This document shows, in pieces, positions 37,344 through 48,452 of a DNA stretch of 64,000 bases. Position 1 is the stretch's first letter, and each line of letters opens with the position of its first letter. Source of the DNA: Toensbergia leucococca (lineage: Eukaryota); assembly GCA_022813965.1 (NCBI GenBank), contig JALDZS010000046.1, positions 1 through 64,000 of the forward strand, written 5' to 3'. The notes under the pieces were generated by a model. The model saw only the letters and a list, made by a program, of their open reading frames with translations. It was not told the DNA's origin and ran no database searches. Made by a program: the position numbers and the translations under genes.

Positions 37344-38963
37344 TCAGTCATCCTCCTCTTCGGAATTCATCTCCTTCTCTGCTAGATTCTGTTCTCCTCC
37401 TTCATCACCACCGTCATCCTCCTCATCGCTAGTGCCACTCCCTTCACTCTCCCCCCCACTCCCGGGGTCAAAGTTGTCATCGTCTTCCTCATCGTCATCA
37501 TCGTCTCCCAACCCTTCCGCATCCCTTTCAGCCTTGAGTACTTTCTCCACCTCACCACCTTCCCCTTCCGCCGCCGATTCCTTCTTGACGCCATTGATAT
37601 TCAGCTTCTTTGCTTGGCGCTCCTGGGCCATACTTGCGTCTTGCAAATGATGGCGCTTGATATATGCGTCTATGCCTGCGAAATCTATTTGGTCGAGCAT
37701 TGAGAATTCGAGCTCTTGAGTGATGGCTGTGAAACTGGGCATGTGGATGATGATGTTGAGATTAAAGGTTCGTTGGAGTATAGACGTGTAGGACATTGAA
37801 TCGATGAGGTCGAAGGGGAAGAAGGCAAGGGGTTTCTTGAAGCCCCAGACTATACCTGTGGAGAGGAAGAAGAGGTAGCCTATGATTGAATAAAATCAGT
37901 ATCAGGCGTAATATAGCTAGGAACTTGTTCGATAAAGCATCTCGTATTGGTAGCCATCCTGACCGACTGACGATAGTGTTCATGGTATTGATGGCCGTTA
38001 TAGCATCGAATAATCATTTCTTGAGCCCGCGAGCGAGAAGGATCACATACCATCTTTGCTACCCCGGAAAGCCTTCACATGCACCGCCTTCTCTCCTTTT
38101 TTATGAGGCTGACTTGTTTGGCTAACGAATTCGCCTACATCAGGTCTAACGATTCTTTTCCCGATTCCCTCTAAGGCTTCATTGACTAGTGTGAGCAACA
38201 GCGTGTCGTAGGTGTCATCCGGTTTAACCTCTACGCCAGCACCTATGATCCCTGGCTTTGGAACCGTACATGGCACCGTCCAAAGCATTTGTTCTGCTTC
38301 GGACCCATCAGATGTAGACTCAGCTCCTCCACTGATTTTAGGGAAGACACAAAAATTATACTGAGGTTGGGCTTTCTCAGGGAGAGGAAGGCAAACGACG
38401 TTTTCTACCAGACGTAGCAACATCAGCTACATGATAGACGCTAGGTAGGTCTTTCGGAGGCAATACTGACCCATTTCTTTCCATTTTACTACAAATTCCA
38501 ACTCGCCACTCGTAGGGTTCCTCGCACGTAATCCTTGTTCCGGCAGCTTCCCAATCTCCAACGTGAGCTTCTTCCGTTGAGGAATGGAGAAAGAGATATC
38601 CTTTATAGCGTAAAAAGAGCCTGTCGGCCAATCTTCTCGTATGTTATCCTCAATCGGGTCTTTCGTGGTAGAATTGATCTTCCTCTTTTTGGAAGAAGGT
38701 TCGTTCGCACTGAATTCCTTCGAATCCGAAATATCTATCCACACGTTTTGGACATGTTCAATAACATCCACGAACAAATCCCCAAGCTCTGGTGCGTTGA
38801 CTGCGATTGCCACGGTGCGTCGTCAGTCCTTGAGTGCTGATAACAGGTGTTCTCTCATACTGGATGACTCACTGATAGCATCTTGAAGCCTTTCCAGGAG
38901 GTCTGGTCGTTCCTTGACTGCAGATTGAAGATATGCTTGTTTTCCAGGCGCAAAAGGTGTCAT
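37344..38963 (-). CDS. RTT106: Histone chaperone Rtt106; complement(join(37344..37879,38051..38404,38471..38800,38873..38963))
   Basis: Motifs [55 protein letters not shown] and [14 protein letters not shown], then an acidic tail. Three GT-AG introns. Confidence 0.9.
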
Positions 38964-39336
38964 TATTAGTGATATTGCTGCAAGAATAGCAGATGTAGCG
39001 AAAGTTGTACTTCTATATAAAGAGAAGTTCTTCACCGTTGTAGATTAGTAGGATGCATTGGAAGCAGTGGAAGCAGACGAAGACATGGATCAGAATATTG
39101 TGAATACAAAACTGGTGTTTCAATGTGCACGGGCCATGACGAATTGGAGTTCTAATTTTAGTCCAAACCTCCTCTCCTTTTTCTTTCGTCTGTGAACGCC
39201 ATACTGTCATCACGCATCTCCCAGCAGACTAGGCTCATCATTTATCTTGCCATTGACGAGCAAAGTCGGATTACCAAGGGTGTGACTGCTGAAACAGGTA
39301 TATATTATATCAGATGAGATATGAAACATTGAGAAA

Positions 39337-42300
39337 TCAATTCCCCTCGATTGCCTTCTCATCTAAGTCCTCTACAGTATTCCTACCTTCTCCCTCCTTC
39401 TCTCTCCAATTTTTCCAAGCACTCCCAAAGCCCAACTCTTCTTTCACTTTCTTGATTCTTCCCACCCCGAATGCTAAATCTCCGTCTTGAAACAGACCCT
39501 TCTCATTTCCCAAGCCAACAATAGGTATCATACTCGGTCTTCCATGTGCACACTGAAAGGGAAACGCGCACATCGCCAATTGCTTCACTAATATGCGGCA
39601 TTCATCAAGCGTCAGCTTGTCATTGAACATAATTGCACTCCTGCAAGATCGCGAGTTGAGCATATCGAGGATTCCTTTAGGACAATCTCCGATCCGGTTA
39701 AGCCAATCAGACTGTCCCACGGTATCACTGCCATTCTCAGTCGAGGTCTTAGTTCCTGTGTTCGACTTGTCTAACTCCTCTGCTTCCTTTCTCTGTGGTA
39801 TACCAAGCTCCTCTCTCTTCCAAACCTCGCCCCTCATCAGCTCAATCAGAATTTTGATCTCAACCCTGCATCTCTCGGCAATAACAGCAGGTAGAGTCTT
39901 TACAACGATACTATTCTCGAAGCTTGATTTGGTGACCGTGGGTGTTTTGTAGTCTAAGCTGAGATCGTAAAGAATGCCCCACTTCGCAAAATGGCTGGCG
40001 TGGTGCTCAAAAAGCTGGTGCTCGCAGGGCTGAATCTGAATCATGATGGGTTTTGCAAGCAAAGTGGTTGCGATAGTGGAGGTTAGGCCGAGCGATGAGC
40101 GTAACACACAGCTGCTTGCTCCTGGCCCTGCGCAAATATCCGCCAAAAGTCCTTCGAAACGAAATCGTTCATCAGCTGCATGTTGGTCAATTAGTACCAG
40201 AAGCTGTTCGTCATCTGATATACCGCCGTTCGCAGCAGTCTTTGACGGGCATGTATTGATCTTAACAAGCACAAATTTGTAATCGACCTGAGCAATGACT
40301 TCAGCATCCTTCAAACAATTCTTGGAGAGCTTGGCCGCAAAAGAAGAGGACGACTCAGCAATTTGAGAGCATCGGGGATGCCTGCCGTGCAGGATAGCTG
40401 AACTCTCGACCGTCGGTCTGTCCAACGAGACTTGTGGTATATTCTCTTCTGTTAGACCATATATTGGATTGTCCCACCTGCTAAGGAATCCGCTGACCCA
40501 AGATCCCGGTTTGGGGGCCACAATTGAGTCCGAGCCGCTGCGAGTGAGTCTAGCGTTCATTGACCTCGATCTTGTTGGGGAAAATGGGTGGGATACTGTG
40601 GCCGGCGAGGACAAATCGGACGATGATGGTCTTCTCATTGGAAGAGGTATTGGATGGCCAGTGCGAGCGCTGATGAGAACCTTAGCCTTATTTGTTGGGT
40701 TTGTCCACTCAAATATCTCTTCAGCAACATCTTCATCAACGTTGTCACTCATCGAATTTATTGATTTTCTCTTGACGGCGGCTTCCGAAAGACCGACTTC
40801 CGTAATCAAACTCTCTGATGTGCCAAGGCGTCCTCTCACGGGATTCCGAAGATCGCTAGTAACAATGGCATTGAAGACATCAATTGCCATTACTTTTTTG
40901 GCTCCAAGAGGCCAGTCAATTTTATCCAAGTACTGCTCGGCAGGAGCAGCTTCCTCATCGAACGCGGCTTTCGATATAGAGGCTTCTTGGTCGTTTTTCA
41001 TATTCTTCTCATGCATAATTTCATCACGAAGACCGAGTTGTCTTCCACTTTTGATGCGACTCCATGAACTAAATCCATAAAGCCGGTGGTAATTGTCCTT
41101 TTGAGAAAAACTAGGTAATTTTACATTGCTTCCGAAGGAATCAAAATTCGGCTTCATGTTCCTTTCACACTTCATTCTCTTTGATCTGTTGGTCGACTCT
41201 GGTGTTTTATTAATCCGATCCTGTCCAGGGACGAGACTAGAATCAAGTGCAGTAGAAGGATCAATTGAAGTATCAATGGGAGAGTGTGATGACGGACGGT
41301 GAGAAGGTGATTTACAACCTAATTTACCTGTACCGTTAGAGGATTTATTGGGCGGCTTGCGTCGTTTTCTAGAGATTCGATGCCTAATATGGTGCTCGTC
41401 AAGAAATCCTATGATCATCGTTCGTAGTACTTCAAATAAGGCAGTCAAGTTGTTCTCTTCCCCCAATGTGCAAACGTCATTTCCAGAAAACGGTTTCCTG
41501 GTGTCTTGAACTTGAATGCGGATAACAAACATAGGCCATCTGTCGATACCTTTCCCGCCGCCTCTGAGCTGTTTATTTGTGAAGCCATTCTGCTTGAAGC
41601 GCCTATCTTTACATCGTCTGTCCTTCTCCGCGTCGTCACCCTCAAAAATATCTTCCTCATTCCCGAAGCTTGAAAGAGCAAAAATGCGGTTGACTTCGTC
41701 GTAGAGAGCGCCACCCGTTTCAGAGGTAAGGTGTCGAAGTCCTACTGAGATGAATTGGACGTTCTTGGAAGTGGCAGGTTTAAGGGAGAGTGCGCCAAGT
41801 ATGGTAACACAAGGGGTCCTTGCTGATACTTTGATCCATGCGTCCCAATCGGACGGCTCAATGTAGGCAGACTGAGAAAGAATGCTCCGAATCAGACCAA
41901 GGTCAAATATATTGGGTTTAATTGTTGCTAAGTTTTTGGGACTGTCGGCCAAAGGGTTACCTTTACTCCGTATAGATAAGACCTTATCACTCCCAGCCAT
42001 CCTGACTGCAATCGTAGTAGATTTCCAGGTCAGAAGAAGCCCCACAATATGCCGGTTGAGTGATGCCCATTCCTTCTCGCCTTCTTTGTTGTCTTGAAAC
42101 ATGAGGCCACGTTGCTTCACTCTGACTGGCATATTTCCAAAAAGATCCTGCACAGTGACCCTTGTACCATGATCTCGACTTAAGAGGTCATGATGGGTGG
42201 GTGCTGGCACCAGACGAGCAGCTGGCCTGGAATGATGAAAAACAAGTGTTGCATGAGAGCGATAGGCATAATGATGAGATGTGACTGTCAGAACTGACAA

Positions 42301-42612
42301 AGCAGCCAAGGAAGATAAAAAGGTGCCATTTCGGCCATGAGCTAAAGTTTCAAGCTTCGATGTATGGTGTTGTTTGCCCAGCCCTCCGCCATCACTAAAT
42401 TCTTCTGGAGCTATCCCATACCCGTCATCTTCCACGGTACAGGATCCACGGCGAAAATCCACGCTGACCTGGATACTACGGGCCGCGGCGTCAAGAGAGT
42501 TTTCGATGAGACCGATGATAACATTGGACAATGAAGGTATCACTATTGAGGATTTGACTTGGGCTGCAACCTCTGCTGGCAGAGGGCGAATTTCTGTAGT
42601 CTTGCTAAGCAT
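39337..42612 (-). CDS. MLH3: DNA mismatch repair / meiotic crossover endonuclease Mlh3 (MutL family)
   Basis: GHKL ATPase (LIENSLDA, VEDDGYGI, HHTSK, DLFGNMPVR) and the C-terminal endonuclease motifs DQHAADER, SCRSAIMFND and FPFQCAHGRPS. Single exon; the likely start is the ATG at 42612 (MLSKTTEIRPLP). Confidence 0.93.
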   Translation of the reverse strand: MLSKTTEIRPLPAEVAAQVKSSIVIPSLSNVIIGLIENSLDAAARSIQVSVDFRRGSCTVEDDGYGIAPEEFSDGGGLGKQHHTSKLETLAHGRNGTFLSSLAALSVLTVTSHHYAYRSHATLVFHHSRPAARLVPAPTHHDLLSRDHGTRVTVQDLFGNMPVRVKQRGLMFQDNKEGEKEWASLNRHIVGLLLTWKSTTIAVRMAGSDKVLSIRSKGNPLADSPKNLATIKPNIFDLGLIRSILSQSAYIEPSDWDAWIKVSARTPCVTILGALSLKPATSKNVQFISVGLRHLTSETGGALYDEVNRIFALSSFGNEEDIFEGDDAEKDRRCKDRRFKQNGFTNKQLRGGGKGIDRWPMFVIRIQVQDTRKPFSGNDVCTLGEENNLTALFEVLRTMIIGFLDEHHIRHRISRKRRKPPNKSSNGTGKLGCKSPSHRPSSHSPIDTSIDPSTALDSSLVPGQDRINKTPESTNRSKRMKCERNMKPNFDSFGSNVKLPSFSQKDNYHRLYGFSSWSRIKSGRQLGLRDEIMHEKNMKNDQEASISKAAFDEEAAPAEQYLDKIDWPLGAKKVMAIDVFNAIVTSDLRNPVRGRLGTSESLITEVGLSEAAVKRKSINSMSDNVDEDVAEEIFEWTNPTNKAKVLISARTGHPIPLPMRRPSSSDLSSPATVSHPFSPTRSRSMNARLTRSGSDSIVAPKPGSWVSGFLSRWDNPIYGLTEENIPQVSLDRPTVESSAILHGRHPRCSQIAESSSSFAAKLSKNCLKDAEVIAQVDYKFVLVKINTCPSKTAANGGISDDEQLLVLIDQHAADERFRFEGLLADICAGPGASSCVLRSSLGLTSTIATTLLAKPIMIQIQPCEHQLFEHHASHFAKWGILYDLSLDYKTPTVTKSSFENSIVVKTLPAVIAERCRVEIKILIELMRGEVWKREELGIPQRKEAEELDKSNTGTKTSTENGSDTVGQSDWLNRIGDCPKGILDMLNSRSCRSAIMFNDKLTLDECRILVKQLAMCAFPFQCAHGRPSMIPIVGLGNEKGLFQDGDLAFGVGRIKKVKEELGFGSAWKNWREKEGEGRNTVEDLDEKAIEGN

Positions 42613-43277
42613 TTCGGCCAAGCAATACAGGCATTGAGATGAGTGGTAGTGGGGTATACTTCGGTCAGTGTTGATACGTGCTTGAGGTTTATCTGTAATT
42701 GTAGCAGAGTAGTGACGGCGCATTCTCAAGGTGGTTGCCACTTCCTCCGAGAGTCGTCTTGCAGTGGCAGGTACATGTCTGGGACTAAAGAGAAGGCATT
42801 CAAGCTTGGTGGCGTCGCCACGTTCTCACGGTCCAAGGGCAAATACGCTGTTCGTGGTTCCGATGTTCTGGGAGCAATAGAATAGGTACTCCGTAGTCCA
42901 AGTGATATTCTAGACGTCGGTAGGGCTGAAAATGGCCAACGTCACAGCGGGTGTGTATGTAACTTCACACGATGCCAGCTCAACCGCTCCATTATCGAAC
43001 TTATTGTCCATTCTCTGGTCTCTTTCTTACGTTCTCTACTCTCATTCCCTTTAAACAAGAGTATTTCTAGCAGAGTCCCTACATAACCACCAGGGTAACC
43101 GTCATCACTCCACCACTATTCACTACTTAGCAAGCACTCCTCAGTCGTCCTGCCCTGAACCCTCGTCTCGAAGCTACCCAATTTCCATCTGAACGCGACG
43201 TTCTCTACCTTTGCTTGGCGACTCTACTCTCCGAGCTTTCCTGTATGCTTCAGTGTAACTCGAACGCAAAAGCGAAG

Positions 43278-44664
43278 ATGGCGACAGCTGATGTCCCTTC
43301 ACGTCCACAAGGTATGTATCCTAGTCAAATCAAGCCAATAAGTTATCTACTCATTCCCTACTACTCTCGAGCACACGAATTAGCTGAAACCCATGTTAGA
43401 TAGGCACTCGCGCCGTCGTCCTTTTTCGACTTTGATGAAGCGCCTTGCAAGTCTCAAGAACTCAACCTCCGATTCCGGACCTTTTGGAGCTGGCAAGAAG
43501 AACGCATTGTCTCCTCCTTTGAAACCTAAGAAGACCAACACTTTCAAGAACAACCCGTATCCAACCTCAGGAAGGATGAATGGAAATGCAAATGTTTCTG
43601 TGGCTAACAGCACCAATGGCCACCTGTCATTCTATACTCCTCCATCGGGGCGCAGTGTCGACTGTACCTCATCATCCCATAGCAAGCAATCGCTTCCAGT
43701 ATCGAACGATGACCAACATCCGCCGACGTTAAGTAACAGATCTGCTGCACCGACCATGTCCACTAACCCGGAGACCGTCAATTCCGAGGCAGCGCAGTCA
43801 AAGGCAGGAACAAGTGCAACTGCTGGTGGTATAAGTGGAGTTGGTGGCGGAGACGGAAGCACGTTTTCATCTCCCGCCCCGTCCGTTCGTTCGTTGACCA
43901 CAACTCTTACAACTATACAATCAGCCGCACCCTCGAATATCCTTAACAATCAGACACAGCAAGCCACGGCACATTCACAACACCATCACAGCCAAACCCC
44001 CACTGTTCAATTTTCTCACCAATTCCCTTCTTCGCCACCAGCATCCGCAATTCCTTCGCATGTTGTTGGCCAAACCAGTGGTGGGCACCCAGCCACATAC
44101 AGCACTGCCACAGCAAACAATCTCCTATCTGATAACGCTTCTATCTTGACTCTTGCATCATCATCAAAACGCCGGCGCCGCAACTCCCTTGACACCAATG
44201 CTTCTGTCCGCGCGTTAGCTCCTTCCTCTATCTTTGGTGGAAGCAGGGAATCTCTCCCTCTTAGCGTCCTCAGTGGGAATGCCGGGGATCCGGCCAGTGC
44301 TGCAGGTCTACACCATCGTCCCAGTGTAGGTGGTGTACCCAATACGGAACGAGCTAGTGTTTATTCCTCCACCGGAATTGGACCTGCTCTGAGCAGTGAA
44401 CGCAATAGCCTTTATGCTGGGAAACAGAACAACCCTGGTGATGGCGGAAGTATTAGAAGTGGCCTAATTGGTCATGGAAGGAATGACAGTATTACCGGTA
44501 GCATCGGTGGCATCGCAGCTAACAGTCCGCTATCCAATTCCCGGGAAGTTTCGGGGCCAGGAAGAATTAGTAGGAGGAACTCGGCTCGGGGAGACTTCGG
44601 CGATGAGAATCATGAGGGGGAGAAGGATAAGCAATTTACCAGGGTCACGAGCAGGGGAGAGTAA
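43278..44664 (+). CDS. Conserved Ser/Gly-rich hypothetical protein; join(43278..43311,43400..44664)
   Basis: Long low-complexity ORF with blocks SPAPSVRSLTTTLTTIQS, DNASILTLASSSKRRRRNSLDTNASVRALAPSS and GGSRESLPLSVLS, recalled from fungal hypothetical proteins. Intron 43312..43399 (GTATGT...TAG) is in frame. Confidence 0.8.
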
Positions 44665-45266
44665 ACTCTAGGGAAGAGACTCTTTAAATCCTTGTGGCCA
44701 GAGTCAGTGTCCAGTTGCTTGATGCGCAAATTCGAGAAGGTAATTTAAGTGCATCAGATCGTGGGTAGGCGTATGGCACTGCCTCGATTCGTTTATTAGG
44801 ACGTGTTCCATGTATCATGCATTTCTCTCTGTGCTATACCCAGCCACATGGCAAGCATCTAAAATCATATATGTAGTTCTGATACTCGATTGAATACATT
44901 TCATTTTTGCGGCCCTCTGCCACGTATACCCAGTGAGGAAGCTAATCTCAAAACTATAGTCACTCATGCTTTGTCCACTCAACCAGCACCTCTTTCCATT
45001 TCTCAATACATCGGATCATATTGTTACATAGCACAAGGATACTTCAACTATACGGACCATCCTCTGACTCAAGGATGTGAAGATTTTCCCTTCAGCCTAA
45101 TCCAAACTACCTGAAGAGAGAGCCCAGCATGCTGGGTTTCCTCAGCCAAGAAAGAACAAGAAATCAATACACCATTGTACCAGCGCCATTACGAATCGAA
45201 CCTAGGTAATATGAACTATACTCGTATCAGTAAGCGAGGTAGCTCACCTCTAGACAGCACGAGTAT

Positions 45267-45574
45267 GCCAATCTGTCCCACGCAGCCTGGCCCTGGAGCT
45301 ACGTAACATGATGTACGACACTGTACTCGACTCGGAGTTTGCCCCTTCATCTCCTGTCGAAAGCGGGGACCGCGCGCAGAGCTGCGGGCTCTATCATACA
45401 GAATTTTGCAATTTCCATCCCAATCAACTCGCCTCAATCTCAAGGTCTCCTCTGCTCCTTTCCAACCGCCAGATCCACGACGAGATTAGGGATGGGATCT
45501 CTCAGGCAAGCAAAAACCCCTTATCAAATCCAGGTCTCGCTTCCTGCACTTTCTTCATACTTCGCTTGTCTTGA
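45267..45574 (+). pseudogene. Possible relic of an F-box-like protein gene
   Basis: LALELRNMMYDTVL resembles the fungal F-box-like start LPxELRxMIY, and it is followed by LLLSNRQIHDEIRD. The upstream ATG is out of frame and no intact continuation was found. Confidence 0.35.
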
Positions 45575-46631
45575 GGTCGACTTTAGCACAAACCTTGAAT
45601 TGAGCCTTCCAAATCACTCAATCATTTCTTCCCCGGCACCTTCTTTCCTCTTTTATTCGCAGTAGTCCCCACCCAACTTCTGTTAACCATTCAAATCATG
45701 TTTTAAACGTGTTCGACTCTCCTCGATATGACCTGTTTTCCCAGTACAAACAGCATCGGAGATGAATCTGAACAAAGTCTCGTGGGATGATTAGGGTTTG
45801 CTTCAATGGGGAGGAGATGAAGGTGTTGGATATAGGAGCTATGCGATAGAAATCGAACATTCTATACGCTTATAGCTCCCTCGCCCGCCCCTATGAGCCT
45901 GTGTAGCATGCAGAAGGAGATGATATGGGAGGACTTCTCCTACAATGAGGGCTTCAGCTAGCACTTTGCTATTTCTCATGGGCCGTCTAAAATGCTGCTG
46001 AATGTCCCATGATCTCAATCAATTTATTGAACAAAGGATATGTTTAGTACCTGCAACGACAGACCACTAACACACCGACACCTAAGGACCCCTTTCAATA
46101 CATTGATACTCACCCAAGGAAAACAAAGTTTTAAATTAGAGAAGACATGCTCTGTTCCTGAAGAAATTCGATCTACCTATCTGTAACGAGAACCATGGTT
46201 TCCCCTGAGGAATTCGTAAACGAGTTTTACTTCACACAGACATGTTCTGTTGTTGTTTGTTTTCTGCTGTGGAATCAGAGGCGAGTCAAAGACAATCTAT
46301 GAGTGAGTGAGAATGTAAACTAAAGCATCGATGTAAGGGGGGACGAGGTGAAGTGGTGAGACAAAGTCAACAAGGTTATCTATATTGTAATCATTGCTCA
46401 GTACAATTGAAGAGGTAGAAAGCACAGATTTCAAATCTTCCCTGCCAGATATTGACACCAGTATCCTGAAGTGACGGGTTTTAAGGAGCAATGTGTTATA
46501 TTAAATGATTGCCGAAACGGGCGTCCGAGGAACAATATCGGACAACTAAACATCCCTAAACTCAAATTCCCCCTCCCACAATCTAAGAGATCCTAAGTCA
46601 TCCACGTCTACAGTGCGAAGACATCAGCGGC

Positions 46632-48452
46632 ATGTCAAAAAGGAAATCGATAGAGAGGTCGCTATCTCCCCCGCCTCTGAAGCGGAAGGTCGAATCCACT
46701 ACTACTAGCAAGTCGAAAGTAGACCGCTGCCTGCAGCATGTGCTAACCCGCAGACACAGAGAAGGCTGTGACCAGCTTTTTTACTCCCGTATCAAAGAAG
46801 GATCCAGATAGGGTCACTTGGCGGGTAGTAAACCATAGCCTATTGATTGGCAGATACCAACCCGTTGTCACCAACCAAACTACAGCTCCTCCTGCAAAGA
46901 GGACTAAGGTTGCAGCATTTGACTTTGTACGCTGCTCCAGGATCATCAAAGTTCATTGGGCAGCATAGTCCACTAACACTATGCATTCCTCCCCAGGATT
47001 CAACACTGATCCGGACCCGGTCCGGCAATGTATTTGCAAAAGACGCCGCGGACTGGCAATGGTGGCATCCAAGCGTGCCCGGAGCTCTGAAGCAACTCTA
47101 CGCTGATGGGTGCGTAGGATGCGAGCTACCCAGTCCTCTCATCACAGACAGGCAATTAACCAGGTTTGCATAGCTACATCGTCGTCATTTTAAGTAACCA
47201 GGGGTCTATTGGCCTCAAGAACGATCCCAAAACTCTCAAAAGCGACCAGAAAAGTCTTTTGAACTTCAAGGCAAAAGTCGGCGCTGTGTTCAGTCATCTG
47301 GATTTTCAGCTAGCCCTTTACGCCGCTACTGCTCGAGATCAGTATAGAAAGCCTCGCAGTGGGATGTGGGATGAGATGCTAGAAGACTTCGATCTGGATG
47401 TTGATAATGGACCGGATCTAGAAGCTTCGTTCTTTGTTGGTGATGCCGGAGGTCGTTTGGCAAGTACTGGGATTAAGGCAGATCATTCATGCTCAGACAG
47501 GTGAGTCTCTGGATTTTTTGCAGTCATGCAAAGGCTACTGACGCAGTCTAAGAGACCTGGCGGCGAATGCCAGTATCGCATACAAAACCCCTGAGGAATT
47601 CTTTCTCCGGGAAGCCGCACGTCCATACATTAGGTTGTTCGAGCCAGGTGTGTATCTGAAAGAAAGAGCGGACGGTGTGATGGATGCGGGTATGGTTTGC
47701 GGTCGTCGTATTCAAACTATTACTAATAGTGAAAAGGACGAATTGCCATAGACAAGAAAAATCCTACTGATATCATCCTGTTCTGTGGAAGCCCAGGTGC
47801 AGGGAAATCAACGTTCTACTGGAAATATCTGAGACCTCTCGGTTACGAACGCATCAATCAGGATATATTAAAAACGGTAAGATGACTGCTGCATCTTCCC
47901 ACCATACGTGTGACCATTGTCTAGATGCAGATCTTGTTAACATGCCATTGTATGACAGCGGGACAAATGCGTCAGGGTGGCATCGGAACTCTTATCAGAG
48001 AGCAAATCAGTTGTGATTGGTCAGTGCCTTGTGTATCAACAACTTCAATCATTCTGAGGTATTACCACAGACAATACCAACGCAGATATTGACACCCGAG
48101 CAGTCTGGTTGAACATGGCCTTGAAGGCCCAAGTTCCTATTCGTTGCGTGTACTTCACAGCCCCTCCAAAGCTCTGCGAGCACAATGATACGGTAAGGGC
48201 ACTGACTGGTGGCGTGTTCAATCCCGAGAAACGGTCAATACTTCCACACTCTGCCTTTGCTGGCTTTGCTTCAAGATTCAAGGAACCCACATTGAAAGAG
48301 GGGTTTCAAGATATTTTCGTGGTCGAATTCCAGGCAAGTTGCATGCTGCGCGGAGTCTCTCGGGCAGGATGAGTATTAGTGGCTAATTTCCATCGATACA
48401 GTTCCTCGGCGAGGAAGGGGAAAGACGAGTGTGGAGCAGACACTGGATCTAA
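46632..48452 (+). CDS. pnk1: Bifunctional polynucleotide kinase/3'-phosphatase (PNKP/Pnk1); join(46632..46707,46754..46926,46997..47109,47174..47500,47553..47689,47737..47876,47959..48019,48071..48333,48402..48452)
   Basis: HAD phosphatase [22 protein letters not shown] and FFVGDAGGR, kinase P-loop [15 protein letters not shown] and IDNTN. Eight introns, of which the first and last have GC donors. The first acceptor could be 46753 or 46759; both are in frame. Confidence 0.9.

Noticed and set aside
42613..42741. 43-aa N-terminal extension of Mlh3 in the ORF track
   Set aside because: It begins at a non-ATG codon; MutL homology starts just after the ATG at 42612.
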